A DNA stretch of 64,000 bases from an uncultured Gaiellales bacterium (GTDB lineage: Bacteria > Actinomycetota > Thermoleophilia > Gaiellales > Gaiellaceae). Both the position numbers and the translations under genes were made by a program. Where the stretch lies: NCBI GenBank assembly GCA_964468985.1, contig CAYXXE010000001.1:4581-68580 (forward strand), given 5' to 3'. The notes below the pieces were generated by a model. The model searched no databases. It was not told the DNA's origin and worked only from the letters and a program-made list of their open reading frames with translations. Position 1 is the first letter of the stretch. Each line of letters opens with the position of its first letter. Below are positions 54,047 through 62,097 of the stretch, piece by piece.

Positions 54047-54095
54047 CCTGGACTCCGTGCGGAGTCCAGGGTGCGCGTTGTCGCTGACGAGCTGG

Positions 54096-55679
54096 CTAAT
54101 TCGCCGGCCCTCGGAGTGAGGCGAGGCTGATGCACGTCGTGCATTCGATCTGGTGCTCCCAGCCCGTGATGCCGGCCCGGGCCAGGAACGTGTCGGCGAC
54201 GTCTGCGATCGTCACGAAGGTGCCGTTCTTGACGAGCAGGTCGCCTGCCTTCGCGTAGTCGGAGAGGGCTTTCGCCGGATTGGTCGAGGCGAGACCGACG
54301 TTCATCAGGTTGTCGGCCGCCGGCAGGTCGCCGGCCAGGTAGTTCAGCCCGGCCTTGTGTGACGCGTACGGTCGCGCCCATGTGTCAGGACTCGCGGAGT
54401 CAGGGTTCTCGCTTCCGACGAACAGGTCGGGCACCTTGGCGCTCTTCGGATCCTCGCTCGGATAGGAGAACAGCTCTGACACGGTGATCTCGCGAACGCT
54501 GACCTTCAAGCCGGCGGCGGACAACTCGCTCTGGATCGCCTCCGAGATTCTCTGAATGTCCGCACCGTGGCCCGAGAGATAGGTGAGCTCGACGCTACGG
54601 TCGGAACTCGGCAACTTCGAGACGGCCGCCTTGAGCTTCGACGGGTCGTACGGCGCGTTGTCCTGCGCCAGCGAGGTGGGCAACTGGCCGGCCGGGTAGA
54701 ACTGTGTCGAGACCGTCCCGTAGTTGCCGAAGAACGTCTTCACGAGCAGGTTCTTGTTGATGGCTGCCGCGAGCGCTTGACGGACCGCCAGCGTCGCGAA
54801 CGGGCCTTTGTTCGGATTCACATGAATCCACGTCTTCAGCATCTGCGGGAAGACCTTCACCTGGTACCCGGCCTTGTTCACGAAGCTGTCGAGCGTCGTC
54901 GTCGGCTGCTGGTGCAGGATGTCCAGGTCGCCCGCCTGGAGCTTCAGCACCTGCGTTCCCGAGTCGGGCACGAGAAGGAACTGAACGATCTTGTAGTACG
55001 GCTTGGGGGCGCCCCACCAGCGGCTCCAACTTGCGAGGTCGTATTCCTGCCCGTAGACGAAGTGGGTGATCTCGTAGGGGCCGGTGCCGGCATCGTGGGT
55101 GTTCATCCACGCCTTGCCCCAGTCGTTGCCTTTCGCGTTCTTGCGGATCGCCGTCGGGCTGATCGCTTTCAACGAGTACGGCGACGCGAGGTAGTCGAGG
55201 AACGCCGAGACGGGGTGCTTCAGTGTGATGACGAGCACGTACGGGCTCGGCGTCGCGACGGACTTGATGTCCTGCACCTGGTAGAGGGTTCCCTGCTTCA
55301 TGGCGATCCGCCGCTGAATGTCGAACTTGAAGGCGGCCGAGTTGAAGGGCGTGCCGTCGTGGAAGAAGACGCCGTGGCGCAGGTTGAACGTGTAGACGGT
55401 CTTGTTGGGCGAGATCTTCCAGCTTGTGGCGAGCCACGGGGTGATCTTCGTGCTGTTGCCGAAGGGGTATCTCACAAGACCTTCGTAGACGTTGTTCACA
55501 AGCTCGAGGCCCGGGATGTCGTACTGGATGTCGGGGTCGGGGCTTTGAATGTCCTCGTAGTAGCCGAGGCGGAGTGTTGTTGTTCCTCCGGCTGCGTTTC
55601 CGACGCCGGCCGCGCCGGCGGCCAGCACCACGAGTGCGGTGGCGGCGGCGAGGGCGACGATCGAGATGGTCCTTCTCAT
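54096..55679 (-). CDS. ABC transporter substrate-binding protein, family 5 (Dpp/Opp type)
   Basis: Signal peptide MRRTISIVALAAATALVVLAAGAAG. 527 aa. LATSWKISPNKTVYTFNLRHGVFFHDGTPFN is the family-5 signature region. Confidence 0.9.
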   Translation of the reverse strand: MRRTISIVALAAATALVVLAAGAAGVGNAAGGTTTLRLGYYEDIQSPDPDIQYDIPGLELVNNVYEGLVRYPFGNSTKITPWLATSWKISPNKTVYTFNLRHGVFFHDGTPFNSAAFKFDIQRRIAMKQGTLYQVQDIKSVATPSPYVLVITLKHPVSAFLDYLASPYSLKAISPTAIRKNAKGNDWGKAWMNTHDAGTGPYEITHFVYGQEYDLASWSRWWGAPKPYYKIVQFLLVPDSGTQVLKLQAGDLDILHQQPTTTLDSFVNKAGYQVKVFPQMLKTWIHVNPNKGPFATLAVRQALAAAINKNLLVKTFFGNYGTVSTQFYPAGQLPTSLAQDNAPYDPSKLKAAVSKLPSSDRSVELTYLSGHGADIQRISEAIQSELSAAGLKVSVREITVSELFSYPSEDPKSAKVPDLFVGSENPDSASPDTWARPYASHKAGLNYLAGDLPAADNLMNVGLASTNPAKALSDYAKAGDLLVKNGTFVTIADVADTFLARAGITGWEHQIECTTCISLASLRGPAN

Positions 55680-55709
55680 TTGTGTGCTCCTCTTTCGTTG
55701 TCGCTTGGA

Positions 55710-56759
55710 TCAGTGTGTGATGCCGGCGGCACGGTCGTCGAGGTAGTCGGGGCCTTGAACTCCGGCTCGTCGCATTGCGATGCCGGTGAGCGCTTCTGAG
55801 ATGACGCGGTGGCCGAGTTGGGCGGTGATGTTGTTCGGGATGTCGTACGGGGGGCTCACCTCGACCATGTCCATCCCGACGACGTCGAGTTCGTGGGCGA
55901 TCCGTCGAACGGCCCAGAGAACCTCCCTGCTTGTGAATCCACCGGGTTCGAGCGAGCCCGTGCCCGGGGCATAGGCCGGGTCGGCGCTGTCGACGTCGAA
56001 GGTGAGGAAGATGTGGTCGGCGGTTTCGCGTGCTTCGGCGATCACGGTGTCGATCACGGCGGCGAACCCTCTGCGTTGCACTTCGGCCATGTAGTGGGTT
56101 CGAATGCCGTTCGCTTCCATCCAGGAGGTGATCTCGGGTGGAGGCCAGTACCCGCGGATGCCAAGCTGGATCAGCGCGTCGCCCGCGATGACGCCGTCCT
56201 CGATCAGTTGGCGCATCTGGGTTCCGTGGTTGCCGAGTCCGTCCTCGGGAAGCGGAGCGGTGTCGGTGTGGGCGTCGAACTGGATGATTCCGAGCCGCCC
56301 CTCGTTCTTTACGTCGGTGAGGCCGAGAACGTTGGGCAGCGTGATCCCGTGGTCGCCACCGATCAGGATCGGGATCGCGCCGCCGGTCGCAATGTCGCGG
56401 ACGAACGAGCGGATGTTCTCGTACGTCAGCTTCGGGTTGCCGACGATCACTTCGCAGTCGCCGTAGTCGGCGAGCTTGAGGTGTTGGAAGAGGTCGACGC
56501 GGGTGTGCAGATGCGGACGCCCGTACGGGGGCGCCCAGAGGTTGTCGCACCTGCGTACCGCTTGCGGCCCTAGGTGCGTGCCGGCGCGGGCGGTGTTTGT
56601 TCCGTCCCACGGGATGCCGCCGACGGCAACGTCGATTCCGCCAGCTCGAAGGTCCTCCGGCGTGAGACAGAGTGGGGCCTTCATGAACGTTTGGATCCCT
56701 GAGTAGGACGGCTCCCAGGCGTAGCGGGAGAGCGTCATCGGTCCTGGCTCGCGCTTCAT
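55710..56759 (-). CDS. ureohydrolase (agmatinase/arginase/guanidino-acid hydrolase family)
   Basis: ILIGGDHGITLP, IIQFDAHTDT and FLTFDVDSADPAYAPGTGS form the Mn-binding His/Asp motif set of the arginase fold. Confidence 0.88.
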   Translation of the reverse strand: MKREPGPMTLSRYAWEPSYSGIQTFMKAPLCLTPEDLRAGGIDVAVGGIPWDGTNTARAGTHLGPQAVRRCDNLWAPPYGRPHLHTRVDLFQHLKLADYGDCEVIVGNPKLTYENIRSFVRDIATGGAIPILIGGDHGITLPNVLGLTDVKNEGRLGIIQFDAHTDTAPLPEDGLGNHGTQMRQLIEDGVIAGDALIQLGIRGYWPPPEITSWMEANGIRTHYMAEVQRRGFAAVIDTVIAEARETADHIFLTFDVDSADPAYAPGTGSLEPGGFTSREVLWAVRRIAHELDVVGMDMVEVSPPYDIPNNITAQLGHRVISEALTGIAMRRAGVQGPDYLDDRAAGITH

Positions 56760-56792
56760 GGTCCTCCGTCTCCGACGCCCGATCCGGGGGCG

Positions 56793-57764
56793 TCATTCAT
56801 GGCTTTGGCCTACGGGAACATGCAGTGTGTGTTTGAGGCGATCGAGATCCGCGCCGCGAGGGAACGACGTCTGTGTTCCCTGTGCCTCGACGCTCTTCGA
56901 GGCACAGGCGCAGCCGAATGTGGCTGCGCTCGCCGGGCTTGCGCCAAGCGCAATCGCATAAGCAAATGCGCCGACGAATGCATCGCCAGCTCCTGTCGTG
57001 TCGACGGGGGTTGCCGCCGGAGCGCTCACTGCGGTGAGCATGGCGAGCGCGCGATCGTAGACGAGCGCTCCGTCTGCCCCGACAGTGACCACGAGATCCG
57101 TTCCGAGCGAGGCAGCGCACCCTGAGGTGAGTTCGCCCAGATCCGGATTCGGCTCGAGCGAAAGGAGATTGGCGATCGCGTCGAGCTCGGATCGATTCGG
57201 GATCAGCCACGACGCTAGGCCCAGAATCTCCTCGTCCACCGTTCTCATCGGGGCGGGGTTGAGGATCGACACGCTCCCGACGTCCTTCGCGGCACGAAGC
57301 GCTTGCGCGACGCACTGCTCGGGAAGCTCGAGCTGAGTCAAGACGACGTCTGCGCGCACCTCGCGCACTACTCTCTCGACGTCGTCGGGGTCGAGCAGGT
57401 TGTTCGCCCCGGGCACCACGATGATCCGGTTCTCCCCGGTCGCGTCGACCCAGATCGGCGCCGCGCCCGTCGCGGCCTCCTCCGTGAACGTGATGGCAGA
57501 CGTATCGATCCCGTACCCGTCGAGGTTCTCGAGGGTCATTTGCCCGAAGGTGTCTCGGCCGAGGCAGCCAACGAACTGGACCGACGCTCCGAGGAGAGCG
57601 CACATCACTGCTTGGTTCGCGCCTTTGCCTCCGAACCCGAGCGAGAACGTGTTGCCGACGATCGTCTCGCCCACGTCGGGAAGCCGATCGGCGTACACGA
57701 TCATGTCCGTCATCGTGCTGCCGACGACGAGGATCGTCGGCTCCTCCCGTCTAGCGGCCTGCAC
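56793..57764 (-). CDS. PfkB-family carbohydrate kinase, ribokinase-like
   Basis: The GTG at 57764 gives ...PTILVVGSTMTDMIV. GFGGKGANQAVM and VDTTGAGDAFVGAFAYA are the ribokinase signatures. 323 aa. Confidence 0.85.
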   Translation of the reverse strand: MQAARREEPTILVVGSTMTDMIVYADRLPDVGETIVGNTFSLGFGGKGANQAVMCALLGASVQFVGCLGRDTFGQMTLENLDGYGIDTSAITFTEEAATGAAPIWVDATGENRIIVVPGANNLLDPDDVERVVREVRADVVLTQLELPEQCVAQALRAAKDVGSVSILNPAPMRTVDEEILGLASWLIPNRSELDAIANLLSLEPNPDLGELTSGCAASLGTDLVVTVGADGALVYDRALAMLTAVSAPAATPVDTTGAGDAFVGAFAYAIALGASPASAATFGCACASKSVEAQGTQTSFPRGADLDRLKHTLHVPVGQSHE

Positions 57765-58497
57765 TGCCCAGCCACTCGACGAGCTGGCTCCAGAACGGCC
57801 CGTAGTAGGGCCACGCCAGGAACTCGGGGCTCCCCCAGTGGGGCGAGCAGTCGGACGCGAACGCGGCGACTCTGCCTTCTCCGGCTTCCCCAACTGCAAG
57901 GAACGGGTCGTCGCCGACCGTCAAGAGCACGCTCGCAGCCGGCTTGGCCAGGAGCCGGTTGTAGCCCAGGAAGTAGGGCCATTCGTTCGGGATTCCGGCC
58001 AGGATCTCATGGGCGGAGGCAACCGTCGGGTTGACCCCCTCGGGGGTCTCGATGCGGTCGTCTCCGACGAGCATCGTCACGGGAAGGACATCGGCGAGCG
58101 GGGTCGACTGGTAGTGGCCCTTACCTTCGATCCCGGAGAACGACATGTAGCCGCCGATCATCAGGACACCACCGCCGGCGCGGGCGTAGTCGGCCAGGAT
58201 CCGAAGGCGGTCGGGGACCCGCTCACCCCGGTCGAACCCGGCGGGGTGGAGTTGAAGCGAGTCTGCCGGGATGTCGCTCATCACGACAACATCGTGTGCT
58301 TGCAGCTCCTCGAGCTTCCAAGGGAACCGCTGGATGGCTTCGTGGTTGGTGATGTGGGTCACCTCGTGGCCGGCTGCCGTTAGCGCCTCTATCCACTCGG
58401 TATTGCCCACGTCGTAGGCGCCTGTCGTGTACGCGGCAAACCCCTTGATCTCGATCTTGTGGGTCGACCACGTCTCACCTGCGATCAAAACGCGCAT
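57751..58497 (-). CDS. GATase1-like fold protein of the DUF1355 (putative glutamine amidotransferase) type, function unknown
   Basis: MRVLIAGETWSTHKIEIKGFAAYTTGAY...DVVVMSDIPADSL...GGGVLMIGGYMSFSGIEGKG matches my recollection of that family. No catalytic-triad call is possible by eye. Confidence 0.6.
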   Translation of the reverse strand: MRVLIAGETWSTHKIEIKGFAAYTTGAYDVGNTEWIEALTAAGHEVTHITNHEAIQRFPWKLEELQAHDVVVMSDIPADSLQLHPAGFDRGERVPDRLRILADYARAGGGVLMIGGYMSFSGIEGKGHYQSTPLADVLPVTMLVGDDRIETPEGVNPTVASAHEILAGIPNEWPYFLGYNRLLAKPAASVLLTVGDDPFLAVGEAGEGRVAAFASDCSPHWGSPEFLAWPYYGPFWSQLVEWLGSAGR

Positions 58498-59518
58498 TCG
58501 AACCTCCTTCGTTGATGACGGACAGCGGCGGACAACACGACTCTCGAACCGACAACTGCGCTTCCAGGACGCAGCGGCGAACGGTCACGGGTGCTTCGCC
58601 GCGGAGCCGCTCCGAGAGCAAGCGCGCCGCCAGAGCGCCCTGCTCGACCGATCTACCGGAGACCGTGGTCAGCCGGGGTTCGAGCAGATCACCGATGTCC
58701 AGTTCGTCGAATGACACGAACGACATGTCCTCGGGAACCCGAACCTTCGATTCGCGCAGTGCCTTCAGCGCTCCGATGGCCATCAGGTTGTTCGCCACGA
58801 AGACCGCGGTCGGTGGCTCTGACAGGCTGACCAGCGACTTCGCCGCGACGTATCCGCTCAGTTCGCGGAAGTCGCCGACGTGGATGTACTCCGGCCGAAC
58901 GTCGACCTGTTCCTCTCGCAACGTACGAAGGAAGCTCTCGTGGCGGGTACGACCCGGCGTAGCCGTGAGCGGGCCGCTGATCAGTCCGATTCGCCGATGG
59001 CCCAACTGAACGAGATAACGACACGCCGCCTCCGCTCCCCCTTCGTTGTCGACCAGCACGCTGTCGAAGAGGTCGTGCTCTTCAAGCTCCCGGTCAAGCA
59101 GCACGACCGGCACCCCCATCGCGGCAAGGGCCCGTGGCACCGCCGCAGACTCGGTGGCCGGCACAAGGATCAGCGCGTCGACACGCCCGATAAGGCCGCC
59201 GAGAACCTCGTCCTGCCTTGCGGCGCTCTCGTCGGTGTTACAGAGGAAGATGTTGTAGCTCTCGTCCCGAGAACTCACCTCGATCCCGCGAACCGCCTGG
59301 GCGAAGAACGGGTTCGAGACGTCCGGAACGACAACCCCGATCGAACGCGTCTCGCCCGACTTCAGACTGCGTGCAGTGTGATTGAGACTGAAACCGGTCT
59401 CAGCAATGGCAGCCTCGATCGCGGCGCCTGCTCGAACGCGCCTCCCGTTGAGGAAACGAGAGACAGTCGCACGAGATACACCCGCAACCCGGGCTACATC
59501 ATCGATGGTTGTAGACAA
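58475..59518 (-). CDS. LacI family transcriptional regulator
   Basis: TIDDVARVAGVSRATVSRFLNG is the LacI HTH, followed by a periplasmic-binding-protein-like core. TTG start. Confidence 0.9.
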   Translation of the reverse strand: MSTTIDDVARVAGVSRATVSRFLNGRRVRAGAAIEAAIAETGFSLNHTARSLKSGETRSIGVVVPDVSNPFFAQAVRGIEVSSRDESYNIFLCNTDESAARQDEVLGGLIGRVDALILVPATESAAVPRALAAMGVPVVLLDRELEEHDLFDSVLVDNEGGAEAACRYLVQLGHRRIGLISGPLTATPGRTRHESFLRTLREEQVDVRPEYIHVGDFRELSGYVAAKSLVSLSEPPTAVFVANNLMAIGALKALRESKVRVPEDMSFVSFDELDIGDLLEPRLTTVSGRSVEQGALAARLLSERLRGEAPVTVRRCVLEAQLSVRESCCPPLSVINEGGSNARFDRR

Positions 59519-59534
59519 TCGTTTTTAGGGGTAA

Positions 59535-59550
59535 GTGAGAACGATCTCAC
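59535..59550. promoter_or_regulatory. candidate LacI-type operator
   Basis: GTGAGA ACGA TCTCAC has perfect 6-bp inverted arms. It lies 17 nt upstream of the LacI gene start, in an AT-richer stretch. Confidence 0.35.
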
Positions 59551-59584
59551 TACTCTAAAGGCGAGTTTGTGAAGAAGTCAAACC

Positions 59585-59626
59585 GGATCTCTAACGGACT
59601 CGAACCGTTGACCCTCTCCTCACCAT
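59585..59626 (-). other. tRNA 3-prime-half-like fragment (anticodon-loop-like, variable, T-arm, acceptor strand) without a 5-prime half
   Basis: The minus strand reads ATGGTGA GGAGA GGGTC AACGG TTCGAGT CCGTT AGAGATC C. This is a canonical T-arm (5-bp stem, TTCGAGT loop). I found no complementary GATCTCT acceptor strand, D-arm or pairing partner for GGAGA upstream. Confidence 0.35.
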
Positions 59627-59763
59627 GTTGCCCAGATGGCTAACGGAGGCAGCGAGTGGCGGCGGTTCACAGGTGGTCCTCCGCGCTTGTGCTTTCCGGG
59701 CTTGCGACAGGTTGCGCCCGGTCGCGACCGTGCGGCTCGACAAGTGCTCCGCTGCCTTGTCGG

Positions 59764-59783
59764 GCCGGCCCTGCAGGGCCGGC
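59764..59783. terminator. GC-rich palindromic hairpin
   Basis: GCCGGCCC TGCA GGGCCGGC: a perfect 8-bp stem. It lies immediately downstream (minus strand) of a short high-GC3 reading-frame remnant that ends with TAG at 59786-59788. Confidence 0.4.
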
Positions 59784-60206
59784 AACTACGCAGGGATCAG
59801 GTCAAAGGCTGTGGCTCGGACGGACGACGCCGAGGTGGCGTCGGTGCCGCCGAGAACGAGGTCGGCGTTTGTCTCGATCATTTCGGCGATCTGTCGAGCG
59901 TTCGTGGTGTGACTATTTCGATCTGGAGTTAGCCCGCGGCGCCGGACCGGAAGAACCCGGCTTCCGCTGCGGCCCCGACTTGGCGGCCGATCGGTAGGCG
60001 GTTGCGCGATGACGAGTGGGGTCGTCGCGAGCGGGCTTGCTTCTCTGATTGCTTCGACGCGCCGGGGGTGGTCGGGGTCTGCATTGTCCGCGGCGGCCAG
60101 CTACCACCGCGGTGAACATCTTCACCTCCACATGACCGGCACGGGCTCCGGGGCGCCGACGAGGCGTAGCGTCGGGCGGAGGTCGCAACAGCTCCTCGAG
60201 GTCTGC

Positions 60207-61928
60207 TCAGTTGTGAGCGAACTGTCCCGTGGCAGGGTCGTACCCGATGAACACGGATCGACGGCTGGTCGGATCGAGAACGACGATCTCCTGGCGCGTC
60301 TTGCTGTATGTGAACGAGTCGGCCCCTGCGGTGTCGGAGGCGAGGACAGTGATCGAGTCTGTTCCCTGGTCGTACGAGCCGTTCCGCCGCCGGCCCGTGA
60401 TCGGGTCCTCGATCGTGAGGCGACCGGTCTTGGCGTCGTAGACCAAGGCGTCCTGTCTTCCTGTTCTCGGGTCGCGGAGATCGAGCACGCCAAGGAGCCT
60501 GCCCGTCTTCGGGTCCTCGTACACGCGTATCCGCTTGCCGGTCTTCGGGTCCTTGATCGTGAGGTATCTGGTCGTCGCCGTAACCACATCGAGGTGGCCG
60601 CTGACGGCGAACGCGCGGCCGTTCCCGCCCGGCGCCGACGGATCGTCGAACAGCGCGAGTGCCTCGACCGCGTAGCTCCCATAGCCGTTCATCACGTCGA
60701 GCTGGGCTCTGGTGGTCTTCGAACCGCCGGACGAGATCGTGCCGAGCCGGATCGGCGCTGCGCCGGGCGGGAAGACGAGCTTCCGAAGCGCCTGCGCGTG
60801 GTTGACGGGGACGACCGTCAGCGAGAGGATCTGAACATTCTCGGCCGGGCCTCGCGAGGTGTTCCTCGCGGTGATCGTGACGGTTGCCCGGCTTCGACGC
60901 GACGGGCTTCCCCGCTCGAGGAAGAACGATGTCGGAGTGACGGAGACGGAGAGCGAGACCGCGGGCGCACCGACACGCAAGACGATCTGCGCCGAGCCTC
61001 GAACCGGGAGCCCGTTGGCTCGACCGGTCGCCTGGAGGGTGAGCCGAGACGTGTCTGGCTTGACGGCCTTGACGCTGAAGGAGAACGCCCGGGTCTGGCC
61101 GGTCCCCAGCGAGAAGCTGCGCACGGCAGGAGCGGAGATCACGGCCACCGAGCTGCTCGACGACGTGAGCCCCTGCCCGAGCGAGATCCCGCGGACGGGG
61201 CTGCCGACCGCGGTGACGCGGCCGGTGACCGTCGTCGTCGAGCCGGTCTTGATCCCGGCCGGTGAGACGGCGGCGGAAAGCGAGACTTCGAGCGACGCCT
61301 TCGCGGCCGGTGGCGCAGCTCCCCGGCGTGCCGCCACCTTCAGGGAAGCCCCGAACGCGAAGAGGGGTGACCAGCCGGACTTGCTTGCGGCGTAGGCCTG
61401 CCCGCGGACGACGAAGTCCAGGGTCAGGTGTGCCGGGAAGGCGCTAGTCCCCGCTTCGACGAAGAACGTCTGACTCGCCGTGCTGTGGCACTCGCTGCCG
61501 GAGCTCTCGCACCAGGCGCCGCCGCCCGCACCCGACGAGACGGAGACGAGCGTGCCCCACGACGCGAACCCGGCCGTCGTGTACGAGGCGACCTGCGCGA
61601 TCACCAGGCAGGTGCCCGATGTCGATTGCGGCGAGCTCGAGCAGTTCGACGCTCCGGGGACGGCAAGGGTGAACGAGAACGGCTGCGAGCAGAGGTCACC
61701 GCGCAGGCTTGCTCCGGAGCAGGGCGAGAACGAGAGTGACGAGGGGCCGTGCAGGGTCGCACCGCAGTCCTTCCCCTGCGCGACGAACCGCGTGTTGTAT
61801 TGCTCCGGCGTGCACGGGACGCCGCGGGTCACGGTTGCTACGGCACGCCCCTGCCCGGCGTGACCGCCGCCGAGGGCGACGGCGACGAGGGCGGCGACGG
61901 TGACGGTCGAGAGGACGCGACCGGGCAT
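60207..61928 (-). CDS. secreted protein of unknown function: signal peptide, Cys-rich N-domain, two Ig/CARDB-like beta-sandwich segments, C-terminal YD-like repeats
   Basis: 573 aa. Signal-like MPGRVLSTVTVAALVAVALGGGHAG, 8 Cys in aa 30-170, CARDB-like ATVTITARNTSRGPAENVQILSLTVVPV, and repeats YEDPKTGRLLGVLD / VYDAKTGRLTIED / YDPATGQ. An in-frame TAG sits directly upstream of the ATG. Confidence 0.8.
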   Translation of the reverse strand: MPGRVLSTVTVAALVAVALGGGHAGQGRAVATVTRGVPCTPEQYNTRFVAQGKDCGATLHGPSSLSFSPCSGASLRGDLCSQPFSFTLAVPGASNCSSSPQSTSGTCLVIAQVASYTTAGFASWGTLVSVSSGAGGGAWCESSGSECHSTASQTFFVEAGTSAFPAHLTLDFVVRGQAYAASKSGWSPLFAFGASLKVAARRGAAPPAAKASLEVSLSAAVSPAGIKTGSTTTVTGRVTAVGSPVRGISLGQGLTSSSSSVAVISAPAVRSFSLGTGQTRAFSFSVKAVKPDTSRLTLQATGRANGLPVRGSAQIVLRVGAPAVSLSVSVTPTSFFLERGSPSRRSRATVTITARNTSRGPAENVQILSLTVVPVNHAQALRKLVFPPGAAPIRLGTISSGGSKTTRAQLDVMNGYGSYAVEALALFDDPSAPGGNGRAFAVSGHLDVVTATTRYLTIKDPKTGKRIRVYEDPKTGRLLGVLDLRDPRTGRQDALVYDAKTGRLTIEDPITGRRRNGSYDQGTDSITVLASDTAGADSFTYSKTRQEIVVLDPTSRRSVFIGYDPATGQFAHN

Positions 61929-62097
61929 CTAGGGGGCGCTCTGGGCAGCGTTCAGATCGCCCGAGCCGCCGCGCACGGGGGCCGGGACACGAGTGCGTGG
62001 GCCGAGCCGTGGGTCGGCTTCCAGGTTCCTGACCGTCGGGGAGTGCAGCCGCACGCCGAATCAGCGTATCGCCCGCGTCTGCGGCGGGTCGTGATGA

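Noticed and set aside
54595-56796. 733-aa minus-strand ORF
   Set aside because: Extreme Arg/Pro/His composition. It overlaps both the family-5 binding-protein gene and the ureohydrolase gene out of frame, so it is a shadow ORF.
59512-59527. Ninth copy of the CAAAC-N4-GTTTG motif (TAGAC AATC GTTTTTA)
   Set aside because: It has two or more mismatches, overlaps the LacI start codon and lies in the sugar half. It is probably chance.
59585-59665. Intact tRNA gene on the minus strand
   Set aside because: The T-arm and 3-prime acceptor strand are convincing. But I could not find a complementary 5-prime acceptor strand (GATCTCT), a D-arm or an anticodon-stem partner for GGAGA, so I report it only as a 3-prime-half-like fragment.
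59586-59800. tmRNA (ssrA)
   Set aside because: It has a tRNA-like T-arm plus a nearby CTCGCTGCC string reminiscent of a ...LAA tag end. But there is no stop after it, no GGGG... 5-prime end pairing with the 3-prime strand, the element would be too short, and the tag position relative to the T-arm is wrong.
59786-59905. Short minus-strand reading frame ending ...SVRATAFDLIPA as a gene
   Set aside because: Third-position G/C looks coding. But the only in-frame start leaves 31 codons and nothing recognisable lies upstream, so I treat it as a probable 3-prime gene remnant and not as a feature.
60009-61265. 418-aa plus-strand ORF
   Set aside because: It lies antisense to the secreted-protein gene, has Arg/Asp/Gly-rich low-complexity composition and no recognisable motif.
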